DNA of 64,000 bases from Candidatus Kerfeldbacteria bacterium (GTDB taxonomy: Bacteria > Patescibacteriota > Patescibacteriia > UBA10025 > JAHIVO01): NCBI GenBank assembly GCA_047946875.1, contig CP181398.1, forward strand, positions 271,154-335,153, in the 5' to 3' direction. The notes beneath the pieces were generated by a model, which searched no databases, was not told the DNA's origin, and worked only from the letters and a program-made list of their open reading frames with translations. Within the stretch, counting starts at the first letter, position 1. Every line of letters begins with the position of its first letter. The position numbers and the translations under genes are program-made. Below are positions 39,877 to 50,186 of the stretch, piece by piece.

Positions 39877-40786
39877 CTGGAAAAAAATATTAGTATATAT
39901 AAAAACAGCTGGTGAGGATGGTTGTATTGATCATAGTCAAGTTAAAGACGATAATTATCAGTTTTGGGAAGATATTGGAGTGTTTAATCACTCTGCTTCT
40001 GGTGAATTGACGGAGGCAGGTAGAGCCGTATTTGAAGCGTTGTATATTAGATGTGATGGTGAAGAAGTAAATATTTTACGCCAACTTTTATTATCTTATC
40101 CTCCCACAATTGCTGTTCAGCAATATTTGTGGGGTGTCACTAATGTTACTGTTGAACAAGTGCTTACCGTACTTAAAACAACAAATTTTTGGTTTTATGA
40201 TTCTAGAGAGCCTCTTACGCATTTTTTGGACTTACTTAATTATGTGAGCATTGTTAATTATAAGAAAAAAATACGAAAGGTTAAAATATTGATTTCTCCT
40301 GACACTCTTTATGTACCAAAGAATGTTTTCATTGATCCAACAAGGCCATTTTCAAATATTGTTTGGGTGAAACGAATTCTTGGTGAATGTGAACAGAGTA
40401 TATGTTGGTTAGATAAGCATTTTCAAAAAGAAGCGCTTGAGTGGTTGTGGGCGATTTCTGATGCTAATAAAATTAATGAAATTCGTATTCTTTCTCTAGA
40501 TTTGGGAGATGCAAATTTAAGTAGTGGAGCAAAGAAGGAGTATAGGAGGTTTAAAAAGGAGATGAGTAATAAGGGTATTAATGTTAAGTGGGCGACAATT
40601 GAAAGCCATGACATAAAAGATGCTCACGACCGCTGGATAATTGGTGCAAATGAATATTTACGAAATGTCCCTAATGTAAATGCTATTTCTTCAGGACAAC
40701 GATCTGAAATGAATTATTCTGAAAATTATGACAAAGCGTCATCTGCATTTACTGGTTATTGGAGGAAGGCAACGGAGATTAACTAA
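39836..40786 (+). CDS. Hypothetical protein, overlapping the upstream gene
   Basis: ORF only. 41-nt overlap suggests translational coupling. No recognised motif. Confidence 0.4.
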   Translation: MRKYNQMEMLPQNNWKKILVYIKTAGEDGCIDHSQVKDDNYQFWEDIGVFNHSASGELTEAGRAVFEALYIRCDGEEVNILRQLLLSYPPTIAVQQYLWGVTNVTVEQVLTVLKTTNFWFYDSREPLTHFLDLLNYVSIVNYKKKIRKVKILISPDTLYVPKNVFIDPTRPFSNIVWVKRILGECEQSICWLDKHFQKEALEWLWAISDANKINEIRILSLDLGDANLSSGAKKEYRRFKKEMSNKGINVKWATIESHDIKDAHDRWIIGANEYLRNVPNVNAISSGQRSEMNYSENYDKASSAFTGYWRKATEIN

Positions 40787-40992
40787 TTCAAAATATTCGT
40801 AGTCAAGCGAAGAAAACTTAATATTTCCCACTTTACAAACAAACGGGGATTTTTTTGTTAGTTTGGAGATAGCTTAAAATATTACGTTATTTTAGCTAAG
40901 AAACTATCAAACCTTAATAATATTGTAGCAAATAATAGGTAAATAATAAAGTTTATATTTAATCAAAGTAATGGTATAATAAGAGACAAAAT

Positions 40993-42687
40993 ATGATAAA
41001 AAAGTGGCAAATAGCAAAAAAAATATCAAAAGAGTTTCAAAATGAGTTTCCTGAAGTAAACCCAATTATTTTACAACTTTTGTACAATAGAGGTCTACAA
41101 ACACAAGAAGAAATTGATGAATTTTTGAACCCTGATTATGGTCAAGATATCCATGATCCTTTTTTATTTAGAGATATGAAAAAGGCGGTTAAAAGGATTA
41201 TGCTAGCTATAGAAAAGAAACAAAAGATAACAGTGCATGGTGATTATGATGCAGATGGTGTGAGCGCTACCGTTGTAATAGTAACAACATTGAAGGCTTT
41301 GGGAGCTAAGGTAGATGTTTATATTCCGCATCGTGTATCAGAAGGGTATGGTCTAAATATTAATACTGTTAATACCCTAAATGAAAAAGAGACTAATTTG
41401 ATAATTACGGTAGATTGTGGCATCTCAAATCATGAAGAGGTTGAGCTGGTTAACAAATTAGGAATGGATATTATAATTACTGATCACCATAAGGAGCCAC
41501 CCGTACTTCCTAAGTCTTTAGCGTTGATAAATCCTCATGTAAAAGGAGAAAAATACCCATTTGAAGAACTGGCAGGAGTAGGAGTTGCTTTTAAATTGGT
41601 TCAAGCATTAGTAAAAGAAGATGATGGTAAGAAAATAAAAAGTGGTTTTGAGAAATGGTTATTAGATATTGTAGCGATCGGGACAATAGGTGATTGTGTG
41701 CCATTAGTTGGTGAAAACAGAACACTAGTTAAATATGGTCTGGTGGTTATAAGAAAATCAAAACGTCTTGGACTTAGAGAGATGGTAGAGTCAACAAGGT
41801 TTAATCTAGAAACTTTAGATACTATGAATGTAAGTTTTGGTATTGTTCCAAAAATTAATGCAGCTGGAAGGTTGGGTCATGCAAATACAGCTTATGAATT
41901 ATTGATGACAAAAAAAGATGCAGAGGCAAAAAAAATTGCTGATGATTTGGAAAATACTAATAAGGAAAGACAAAAAATAACCGAAAAAATATTAAGTGCG
42001 TCTAATGAACAGATTGGGGGAGTAGACAAGCAAAAAATACTTTTTGCAAGTGGTGAGGGATGGCAAGTTGGTGTTGTTGGATTGGTTGCTGGTAGGTTGT
42101 CAGATAAATACGCTCGTCCAGTAATTATTATGGGAGAAAGTAAGGATGAGATAGTTGGTTCGGGACGTTCTATACCTGGATTTGATATAACCAAAGCCTT
42201 GGTAGAATCAAGTGAATATTTGGAAAGATATGGTGGTCATGCAGCGGCTTGTGGCTTTACTTTGAAAAAAGGAATGAAAAATGAATTTATTAGTAGTATG
42301 GAGAAAATCGCAAATAGAGAAATTTCAGATGGAGGAGTAGTCAAAAGTTTTAAGATTGATAGGGAAGTAAAATTAAATGAAATAGATTGGGGTTTAGTCA
42401 ATAAGTTAGAGAATTTCGAACCATTCGGCCAGGGAAATAAACAACCAATGTTTGTTGCATATAATTTGACTGTAAAAGATTTCCAAAAAATTGGATCTAC
42501 TGGGAGACATTTGCGAATGATGGTAGAGCAGGAAGGAGTTGAAAGAAAAATTATAGCATTTGGTTTTGGTGAAACATTAGGAAATGAGTTAAGTATTGGA
42601 GAAAAAAAAGATATGCTTTTCGAGATTTCTATTAACGAATGGAATGGCAATAGGGAATTACAATTAAAGTTGGTTGATACAAATTAA
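40993..42687 (+). CDS. recJ: Single-stranded-DNA-specific exonuclease RecJ
   Basis: DHH motif HGDYDADG and DHHA1 GGHAAACGF. Confidence 0.85.
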   Translation: MIKKWQIAKKISKEFQNEFPEVNPIILQLLYNRGLQTQEEIDEFLNPDYGQDIHDPFLFRDMKKAVKRIMLAIEKKQKITVHGDYDADGVSATVVIVTTLKALGAKVDVYIPHRVSEGYGLNINTVNTLNEKETNLIITVDCGISNHEEVELVNKLGMDIIITDHHKEPPVLPKSLALINPHVKGEKYPFEELAGVGVAFKLVQALVKEDDGKKIKSGFEKWLLDIVAIGTIGDCVPLVGENRTLVKYGLVVIRKSKRLGLREMVESTRFNLETLDTMNVSFGIVPKINAAGRLGHANTAYELLMTKKDAEAKKIADDLENTNKERQKITEKILSASNEQIGGVDKQKILFASGEGWQVGVVGLVAGRLSDKYARPVIIMGESKDEIVGSGRSIPGFDITKALVESSEYLERYGGHAAACGFTLKKGMKNEFISSMEKIANREISDGGVVKSFKIDREVKLNEIDWGLVNKLENFEPFGQGNKQPMFVAYNLTVKDFQKIGSTGRHLRMMVEQEGVERKIIAFGFGETLGNELSIGEKKDMLFEISINEWNGNRELQLKLVDTN

Positions 42688-42699
42688 AAAAATGTAATT

Positions 42700-43365
42700 G
42701 TGAAAAATAAAAAAGAAATTGTAAATAAGTTAAAAAAAGAGTTAAATCATAATGGATACTTTACAAATTTTTTTAAGAAATATGGGTTATCTGACTTGTA
42801 TATTGGAAAAGGTACTCTTGGTCCAGAAATGAGTTGGGTTGCATATAATCTAACAAAATATATATTTCGAAATAAAACTTCTTTTAAAGACAAAAAAGTG
42901 TTGGATATGGGAGTTGGATCTGGAATGCAGACGGTTGCATCTGTATTAGCTGGTGCAAAAAAGGTATATTCTTTGGACATATCACCTGAGGCTATAAAAA
43001 GTATTAAACTTAATAAAAAGAAGTTTAAAATGAGTAATGTAAGAATAATGAAGAGTAATTTATTTCATAAGCTGACTAATGAGTTATTTGATATAATTAT
43101 TTTTAACCATCCATTTTTAGAAGGAACACCAAAAAATAGTTCTGACTTTGTTTATCTAACTGCCAAAAAAACATTAAACAATTTTTTTATTAATGCAAAA
43201 AAATTCTTAAGTAAAAATGGTATAATAATTATGCCATTTTCTTATTTAGGAGATCATGATCCCAGTTTTTATGCAAGGAAATATAATTACAGTATCAATA
43301 AAAAAATATTGTTTAAAAATAAATATGGAAAGCATGCCATTTTTTTTATTAAAAATAAGAAATGA
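42700..43365 (+). CDS. SAM-dependent methyltransferase (small-domain, NPPY-like NHPF)
   Basis: VLDMGVGSGMQ motif I and IIFNHPF motif IV. Confidence 0.5.
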   Translation: MKNKKEIVNKLKKELNHNGYFTNFFKKYGLSDLYIGKGTLGPEMSWVAYNLTKYIFRNKTSFKDKKVLDMGVGSGMQTVASVLAGAKKVYSLDISPEAIKSIKLNKKKFKMSNVRIMKSNLFHKLTNELFDIIIFNHPFLEGTPKNSSDFVYLTAKKTLNNFFINAKKFLSKNGIIIMPFSYLGDHDPSFYARKYNYSINKKILFKNKYGKHAIFFIKNKK

Positions 43366-44057
43366 AGAATTTTCTAGGAAATAAAATATTAATATTAACC
43401 GCACATCCTGATGATGAAAGTTATGTAGCAGCTGGGACAATATTTAAAAATTACCAGGGGGGCGGATCAACTATATTAGTTTGTGCTAGTTATGGAGAGA
43501 AAGGTACTTCTCATTTGAAAAAGAAGCTATCTGTAAATAAATTTAAAAAAGTTAGAAATCAGGAATTATTAAAAGCAGCTAAAGTATTACATATTGATCC
43601 GGTGCATATCATTGGAGTTCCTGATGGTCAGGTAGAAAGTAATAAAAAAAAGGTTTTTAATTATTTTCTTAAATATGCTGAAAAATGTAATCCACAAATA
43701 ATTATTAGTTTTAATAAAGATGGTATATCTGGTCATCATGACCATATTGCAGTGGGTGAGGTAGCAAAAAAAGTTGCTAACAAAATTAAAATACCGTTCG
43801 CTTCATTTTCATTACCACCCAAGGTTCAGAAAGAGGCGATTAAATATCTCAAAACTAGGAGAACAGCCGGTCATTATGCAAATAAAGTAAATTATATTAA
43901 ACCAAATTTTAGAATTAAGATAAATCGAAGCATTAAGAAAAAAGCCATTCAATGTCATCAGTCGCAGTTAGATGGTAATAAGGCTTTTACGGGATTCCCT
44001 GATTTTGCTGTAAAGGAATTATTGAAAGCTGAATATTTTATTATTAATAGTAAATAA
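43362..44057 (+). CDS. PIG-L/LmbE family N-acetylglucosaminyl deacetylase
   Basis: ILTAHPDDES motif. Confidence 0.7.
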   Translation: MKNFLGNKILILTAHPDDESYVAAGTIFKNYQGGGSTILVCASYGEKGTSHLKKKLSVNKFKKVRNQELLKAAKVLHIDPVHIIGVPDGQVESNKKKVFNYFLKYAEKCNPQIIISFNKDGISGHHDHIAVGEVAKKVANKIKIPFASFSLPPKVQKEAIKYLKTRRTAGHYANKVNYIKPNFRIKINRSIKKKAIQCHQSQLDGNKAFTGFPDFAVKELLKAEYFIINSK

Positions 44058-44059
44058 AT

Positions 44060-44467
44060 ATGTCTGGAACAATACTTGATATATATACTGATGGTGGATC
44101 AAGAGGTAATCCTGGACCTTCAGGTATTGGAGTAGTGATCAAAGAAAATAAGGAGAATATTGGTACATTTGCTAAATATATTGGTGAAGGAACTAATAAT
44201 CAAGCTGAATATGAAGCTGTTATATTAGGCTTAGAAGAAGCAAAAAAATTGAAAGCAGATGAATTGAATTTTTTTATTGATAGTGAATTAGTAGTAAATC
44301 AATTAAATAGAAAATATAAAGTTAAAGATCAGAAGCTAGGTTCATTGTTTGTAAAAGCATGGAATTTGATGACAAATTTTAAGTTGGTTACATATACTCA
44401 CATTCCTAGAGAAAAAAATACAGAAGCAGATGCTTTAGTTAATCAAGCGTTAGACGCACAAAAATGA
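44060..44467 (+). CDS. rnhA: Ribonuclease HI
   Basis: DGGSRGNPGPSG and catalytic DEDD context. Confidence 0.85.
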   Translation: MSGTILDIYTDGGSRGNPGPSGIGVVIKENKENIGTFAKYIGEGTNNQAEYEAVILGLEEAKKLKADELNFFIDSELVVNQLNRKYKVKDQKLGSLFVKAWNLMTNFKLVTYTHIPREKNTEADALVNQALDAQK

Positions 44468-45342
44468 TATACGATATTTTATTAACAGTTGGGTTGTTAG
44501 GGATATTGTTTTTTGGTTTGGCTTGGTATATGTCAAATCGAGTTATTACTTATCCTAGGGAGATAAAAAAAGAAGATTGGAATAATTATAATTTAAAACC
44601 AGAACGTCTAGAATTTGAGGCCAAGGATGGCATTAAGATTGCAGGAGTGTTTTTGGCTGGTACTAATGGTGTTACCATAATATTATTACATGGTTATGGA
44701 CGATCAAAAGAGCAGATGTTGCCTCAGGCTGCCTTCCTTAATGAGGCAGGCTATAATATTTTGATGTTTGATTTTAGAGGGTCGGGTGAAAGTGGAGGAA
44801 ATTTTTTAACTTTTGGACATATGGAGCAATATGATTTGGAAGGGGCAATAAAATATTTACAAAAACGTGGAGATGTCGATATTAATAATTTAGGTCTTTT
44901 AGGTTTTTCTATGGGAGGAGCTGTCGCTATAATGAAATCAGGAGATTTACCGGAGATTAAAGCAATTGTAATAAGTTCAACTTATGCAAGATTTAAAACA
45001 GTAATTTGGAAAAATTTTAAAGAGTATTTACGGGGAATACCATTTTTCCCAATTGGATATATTACTTTATGGATAATCAAATTTCGAACAGGTATTTGGA
45101 TAGATAAAATTAATCCAATAAAGTATGTTCATAAGTTAAAAGGACGCCCATTATTTTTGATACATGGAGCGCATGATAAAAAAATTCCAATCGAAGGAGC
45201 AATGGATCTGTATAAAGAAGCTCCATGGTTAGAAGAGTTTTGGTTTGTTAAGGGTGCGGATCATGATGATTTATACAATGTAACCAAAAAAGAGTACCAA
45301 GAAAAAGTACTAAATTTTTATAGTAAGCATTTATTAAGTTAA
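44464..45342 (+). CDS. Alpha/beta hydrolase (membrane-anchored)
   Basis: GFSMGG nucleophile elbow after an N-terminal TM helix. Confidence 0.6.
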   Translation: MIYDILLTVGLLGILFFGLAWYMSNRVITYPREIKKEDWNNYNLKPERLEFEAKDGIKIAGVFLAGTNGVTIILLHGYGRSKEQMLPQAAFLNEAGYNILMFDFRGSGESGGNFLTFGHMEQYDLEGAIKYLQKRGDVDINNLGLLGFSMGGAVAIMKSGDLPEIKAIVISSTYARFKTVIWKNFKEYLRGIPFFPIGYITLWIIKFRTGIWIDKINPIKYVHKLKGRPLFLIHGAHDKKIPIEGAMDLYKEAPWLEEFWFVKGADHDDLYNVTKKEYQEKVLNFYSKHLLS

Positions 45343-45375
45343 CAAGTGTTAATAGGTCTATTTTTTTAATTATCT

Positions 45376-45404
45376 ATTGACAAAAATAGCCTTTTTAGCT
45401 ATGA
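45376..45404 (+). promoter_or_regulatory. Sigma70-like promoter for rnpB
   Basis: TTGACA-17 nt-TATGAT, 6 nt before the RNase P RNA 5' end. Confidence 0.45.
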
Positions 45405-45410
45405 TAGTAT

Positions 45411-45896
45411 ATACCTAAGTGAACTGGATGATTACCCTTTTGCATTATTTTGTACAGGGGAGGAAAGTCCGAACACCTCTTCGTGTAATAGCGAAGGATA
45501 AAGATAGTCGTTAACGGCGACCGAGTAGGATAATTTTTAAGAGAGCAATTGCCTTTTAAAGGTTATAATGCCTAGGGAAAGTGTCACAGAGACAATACCG
45601 CCTACCTTCGTTCACCTGTGGTGAACTACGGCAGGCAGGCCTAAAAGTAGGCTTGCCCAACGAAGCTCGCTAAAGGCGAGCGTAGGTGGGTAAGGGTGAA
45701 AAGAGTGGTGTAAGAGACCACAAGTAGGTTAGGTGACTAACCAGCGTGAAAAACCCTATCTGGTGCAAGATCAAGTAGGTCTATCGTAAGATAGGCGGGT
45801 TGATTGCTGGAGCTTAATAGTAATATTAAGCCAAGATAGATGATCATCGTCCCGCTTGCGGGATACAGAATTCGGCTTATAGGTTTGCTTAGGTAT
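45411..45896 (+). ncRNA. rnpB: RNase P RNA (bacterial type A, long)
   Basis: GGAGGAAAGTCCGAAC (P4), AGGGAAAGTGTCACAG and ACAGAATTCGGCTTATAG conserved blocks. P1 pairing ATACCTAAG/CTTAGGTAT. About 486 nt. Confidence 0.8.
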
Positions 45897-45924
45897 AAAA
45901 AAATATAAATATTAATCATAAAAA

Positions 45925-47316
45925 ATGAAAAAATCCGAATTGCTTTTTAGTGCAATTATGGTGCCAGTAGATTATGTAATGGTTTTTTTAGCTGGTATAA
46001 TTGCCTATAATTTGAGATTTGTTCCTTTCTTCACAGACATTAGACCAATAGTCAGTGAAATAAATTTTAATCAACTTATTACCGTATTATTTTTTGTTCC
46101 GGTGATTTTTTTGTTAGTTTTTGCTATTGCTGGTTTATATCAGATAAAAGTAACTCGTAGGGTATTTGATGAAATGACTAAAGTTTTTGTAGCAGCAAGT
46201 GCTGGTATATCAATTGTTATTATTGTAATTTTTTTCCAACGTGAATTAATTTCTTCACGTTTCTTAGTCTTAATCGGTTGGATTTTTGCTGTAGTTTTAG
46301 TTATGATCGGTAGATTATTAATTAGAGCTATTCAAAGATATTTTTTGAGAAGAGGAATTGGGATTCATAATGTTATTGTAATTGGAAATGATAGCACCAC
46401 CGAAGATATAATTAAACAAATATATAAATTTCCTTACTTAGGTTATAAGGTTGTATCTAGATATAATAAATTTGACGATGAATCTAAGGCGGATATTATC
46501 GAAAAAATAAATACAACTTCAGTAGATGAAATAATACAAGCTGATACTAATACTTCAAAAGATGAAGCGCTAAGTATTAAATATTTTAGTAACGAACATC
46601 ATTTAGTATTTAAATATGCAACTGATTTATTTGATGTTCAGCCTAATCATATAGAGATTAATACAATCGCTGGAATCCCAATAATAGAAGTAAAGAGAAC
46701 TAAGCTTGATGGGTGGGGAAGGATTTTTAAAAGAGTTTTTGATATTATATTTTCGTTTATAATTTTAGTAATATTATCACCATTATTGATAGTGGTTGGA
46801 TTTTTGATTGTAGTTGATTCGCAGGGAGGTATGTTGGTGAAGTTGGATAGAGTGGGAGAAAAAGGAAAAAGATTTAAATTACTGAAGTTTCGTTCGATGG
46901 TAAAAAATGCTCATACTCTAAAAAAAGAATTACTTGAACAAAACGAAAGAGCGGATGGACCATTATTTAAAATAAAAAATGACCCTAGAATTACTAGAAT
47001 GGGTAGATTTATTAGAAAAACTAGCATTGATGAATTACCTCAATTATTCAATGTATTAAGGGGGGAGATAAGTTTGGTAGGGCCTAGACCTCATGAACCA
47101 GAAGAAGTAGATAAATACGAAAAAAGGTATTTGAAATTATTATTGATTAAACCCGGCGTTACAGGCATGGCGCAAATATCTGGTCGTTCTGATTTGAAAT
47201 TTGACGATGAAGCAAAACTAGATATATATTATATAGAAAATTGGTCACCAGAATTAGATTTACAAATATTAATAAAAACTCCTTGGGTTGTATTAACCGG
47301 GAGATCAGCCTCATAA
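45925..47316 (+). CDS. Polyprenyl-phosphate sugar phosphotransferase (WbaP/CpsE-like)
   Basis: N-terminal TM helices plus C-terminal bacterial sugar-transferase domain (LPQLFNVLRGEISLVGPRP). Confidence 0.8.
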   Translation: MKKSELLFSAIMVPVDYVMVFLAGIIAYNLRFVPFFTDIRPIVSEINFNQLITVLFFVPVIFLLVFAIAGLYQIKVTRRVFDEMTKVFVAASAGISIVIIVIFFQRELISSRFLVLIGWIFAVVLVMIGRLLIRAIQRYFLRRGIGIHNVIVIGNDSTTEDIIKQIYKFPYLGYKVVSRYNKFDDESKADIIEKINTTSVDEIIQADTNTSKDEALSIKYFSNEHHLVFKYATDLFDVQPNHIEINTIAGIPIIEVKRTKLDGWGRIFKRVFDIIFSFIILVILSPLLIVVGFLIVVDSQGGMLVKLDRVGEKGKRFKLLKFRSMVKNAHTLKKELLEQNERADGPLFKIKNDPRITRMGRFIRKTSIDELPQLFNVLRGEISLVGPRPHEPEEVDKYEKRYLKLLLIKPGVTGMAQISGRSDLKFDDEAKLDIYYIENWSPELDLQILIKTPWVVLTGRSAS

Positions 47317-47320
47317 AAAT

Positions 47321-48421
47321 ATGAAAATTGGATTAGTTCATGATCATCTGAATCAATTAGGGGGAGCAGAAAGAGTTTTAAAAACTTTTTGTGAAATGTA
47401 TCCTAAGTCACCGGTACATACATTAATTTATGATCAAAAAAATACTCAGGACGTTTTTAAGGATTACAAAGTAATAGAATCATTTATTTCTAAGATGCCT
47501 TTTGCAAGGAAGAAATTTCGTTGGTATTTACCGTTGATGGTACCTGCTACTGAAGGTTATAATTTATCAGGTTATGATGTATTATTGTCAGATAGTTCTG
47601 GTATGGCTAAAGGTATAATTACTGATCCAAGATCATTGCATATTTGTTATTGTCACACACCTACACGGTATTTGTGGAGTGACCACAATGTTATAATTGA
47701 TAAACTTGAACGTAACAGAATAATCGGTAGATTATCACAATTATATAGAAGTTATTTACGAATCTGGGATAGGCAAGCAGCTGATAGAGTGGATAAATTT
47801 ATTGCAAATTCAAAGTATGTAGCCCAAAGGATTAAAAAATATTATAAGAGAGATAGTGTAGTTATTCATCCTCCTGTAGATATATCTAGGTTTAAAATAT
47901 CCAATGAGGTCAAAGACTATTTCTTAATAATTTCTAGGTTAAGACCTTACAAAAAAGTTGATTTAGCTATTCAAGCTTTTAATAAATTAGGCTTACCTTT
48001 GTATATTATTGGTACTGGAGAAGAAGAGAATAGATTAAAAGAGATGGCTGGTCCTCATATTAAATTTTTAGGAAATGTTTCGGATGAAAAAGCTGTTGAG
48101 TATTTGTCACAATGTCAGGCTTTTATACATCCACAGGAGGAGGATTTTGGCATAACACCAGTAGAAGCTATGGCTTGTGGACGACCCGTAATAGCGTATG
48201 GCATTGGTGGGGCTCTCGAGACAGTGATAAATGGGAAAACTGGTGTGCATTTTGATGAACAATCATGGGAGGCTTTGGCTGATACAGTTATTCATTTCAA
48301 ATCAAGTGATTATAATCCTGAGGAAATAAGAAGACATGCAGAGAGTTTTGATGTTGAGCATTTTAAGAGTAAAATCAATGCTTTTATCGAATCTTCTTGG
48401 CAAGAGTTCAATTCTCAGTAA
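47321..48421 (+). CDS. Glycosyltransferase family 4
   Basis: EDFGITPVEAMACGRPVIA GT-B motif. Confidence 0.75.
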   Translation: MKIGLVHDHLNQLGGAERVLKTFCEMYPKSPVHTLIYDQKNTQDVFKDYKVIESFISKMPFARKKFRWYLPLMVPATEGYNLSGYDVLLSDSSGMAKGIITDPRSLHICYCHTPTRYLWSDHNVIIDKLERNRIIGRLSQLYRSYLRIWDRQAADRVDKFIANSKYVAQRIKKYYKRDSVVIHPPVDISRFKISNEVKDYFLIISRLRPYKKVDLAIQAFNKLGLPLYIIGTGEEENRLKEMAGPHIKFLGNVSDEKAVEYLSQCQAFIHPQEEDFGITPVEAMACGRPVIAYGIGGALETVINGKTGVHFDEQSWEALADTVIHFKSSDYNPEEIRRHAESFDVEHFKSKINAFIESSWQEFNSQ

Positions 48422-48455
48422 TAATAAAGAAGTATAATAAATAAATTAATAATAT

Positions 48456-49070
48456 ATGAATATCTTTAAAAAATATCGATGGTTAATAATTATTATTACA
48501 GTAGTTGCTGTTGCTGGAGGCACTATTTTTACAATAATGAAACCGGTTTATTATGATACTTCAATATCATTTTCTATTAATAGGTTAAATCATCAAACTA
48601 CCGGAGAATATCAATATGATGGTTATTATGCTATTCAAGCTTCTGATTTATTTTCTCAGACTGTTATGAGTTGGATGTTAACCCCATCTGTATTATTAGA
48701 AATATATAGTCAAGCAGAAATTGATCCACAAATAACATCATTAGAAGAAATATCTTCTCGCTTTAAAGCAAAAAAATATTCACCTCAAAATATTGTTATC
48801 AGTTATAAAGAAAGAGATTATGATACTGCGGAAAAAATATCATCAGCTATTATCACAATCGTAGAGGCTAAAGCAAAAACATCTAATACAACCACTGATG
48901 ATGAAGCATTATTTGATGTAAAAGGTACAATACCTGTTATTGTAGAAAGAGCTCCAATTTTGTGGCTAAATATTTTGATATCATTAATAAGTGGACTAGT
49001 AATTAGTTCTCTAGCCGCATATATTATTGAATATTTGAGAAAAGATAATATTCAACAGGAAAACCAATAA
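48456..49070 (+). CDS. Membrane protein with Wzz-like topology (possible chain-length determinant)
   Basis: TM helices at both ends and a periplasmic middle. Context only. Confidence 0.35.
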   Translation: MNIFKKYRWLIIIITVVAVAGGTIFTIMKPVYYDTSISFSINRLNHQTTGEYQYDGYYAIQASDLFSQTVMSWMLTPSVLLEIYSQAEIDPQITSLEEISSRFKAKKYSPQNIVISYKERDYDTAEKISSAIITIVEAKAKTSNTTTDDEALFDVKGTIPVIVERAPILWLNILISLISGLVISSLAAYIIEYLRKDNIQQENQ

Positions 49071-50177
49071 ATGCGAATAGGTGTTGACATAAGATCACTT
49101 ATTGAACCTTTTCCATCCGGTGTTAGTGAATATACATTTAATGTACTAAAATATATTTTATCTCATGATAAGGAGAATAAATATATTTTGTTTTACAATG
49201 CAAAAACAGAAATTGATGAAAAATATTCCAAAATTTTTTCCGGGAATAATGTTGAATTAAAGATATGGAGATGGCCAAATAAATTTTTTAATTTAGCACT
49301 ATTTATTGGTGCATTTTTTAAGATTGATAAAATGATTGGGGGAGTAGATATCTTTTATATGCCTAACGTTAATTTTTTTAGTATTTCAAGAAAAGTAAAA
49401 ATGATTTTAACAGTACATGACTTATCATTTTTATATCCTAAATATTACAATTTCAAATCTGGTTTATGGCATAAGTTTATTAGACCAAAACAATCAATAG
49501 AGCGAGCAAATAAAATTATCGCTGTATCTGAAAGTACTAAGAATGATTTGGTAGAAAATTATAATATTTCTAGAGATAAGGTACAAGTGATATATTCAGG
49601 TGTAGATATTAAAAAGTATGAAAATCTAGATAATGATAAATTTGAAAGAATAAAAAATCGTTATAAATTAGATGGTAATTTTTTTCTATATTTAGGGAAT
49701 GTTGAAAATAGAAAGAATATTGAAGGGATTATAAATGCCTGGGAAAAATTAAATATAGTGCATACTTATCAGCTTGTTATTGCAGGGAGAATTAATGACA
49801 GTAAAATTGTAAAAGATTACCCGGATGTTAATTTTATTAATTATGTTCATGAAAATGATAAAGCATATTTGTATAAATTAGCGAAGGCATTTGTTTACCC
49901 ATCATTTTATGAAGGTTTTGGTTTACCTGTTTTAGAAGCGATGGCAGCTGGGTGCCCAGTGATTACCAGTAATTCAACTTCTTTGCCAGAAGTTGCACAA
50001 AAAGCAGCACTATTAGTAGATCCACATAATATCGAAGAGATTTATAAGGCAATGAATGATATAATAATTAACATTGAATTAAGGAGAACATTAGTTAATA
50101 ATGCTTTTAGCCATATTGAAAAGTTTAATTGGAATAATACGGCTAATCAAATGATAAAATTATTTAAGGAAGTTTAA
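49071..50177 (+). CDS. Glycosyltransferase family 4
   Basis: EGFGLPVLEAMAAGCPVI. Confidence 0.75.
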   Translation: MRIGVDIRSLIEPFPSGVSEYTFNVLKYILSHDKENKYILFYNAKTEIDEKYSKIFSGNNVELKIWRWPNKFFNLALFIGAFFKIDKMIGGVDIFYMPNVNFFSISRKVKMILTVHDLSFLYPKYYNFKSGLWHKFIRPKQSIERANKIIAVSESTKNDLVENYNISRDKVQVIYSGVDIKKYENLDNDKFERIKNRYKLDGNFFLYLGNVENRKNIEGIINAWEKLNIVHTYQLVIAGRINDSKIVKDYPDVNFINYVHENDKAYLYKLAKAFVYPSFYEGFGLPVLEAMAAGCPVITSNSTSLPEVAQKAALLVDPHNIEEIYKAMNDIIINIELRRTLVNNAFSHIEKFNWNNTANQMIKLFKEV

Positions 50178-50186
50178 TATATAATT

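Noticed and set aside
45737-45919. 60-aa minus-strand ORF.
   Set aside because: It lies entirely within the RNase P RNA gene and is a translation artefact of the structured RNA.
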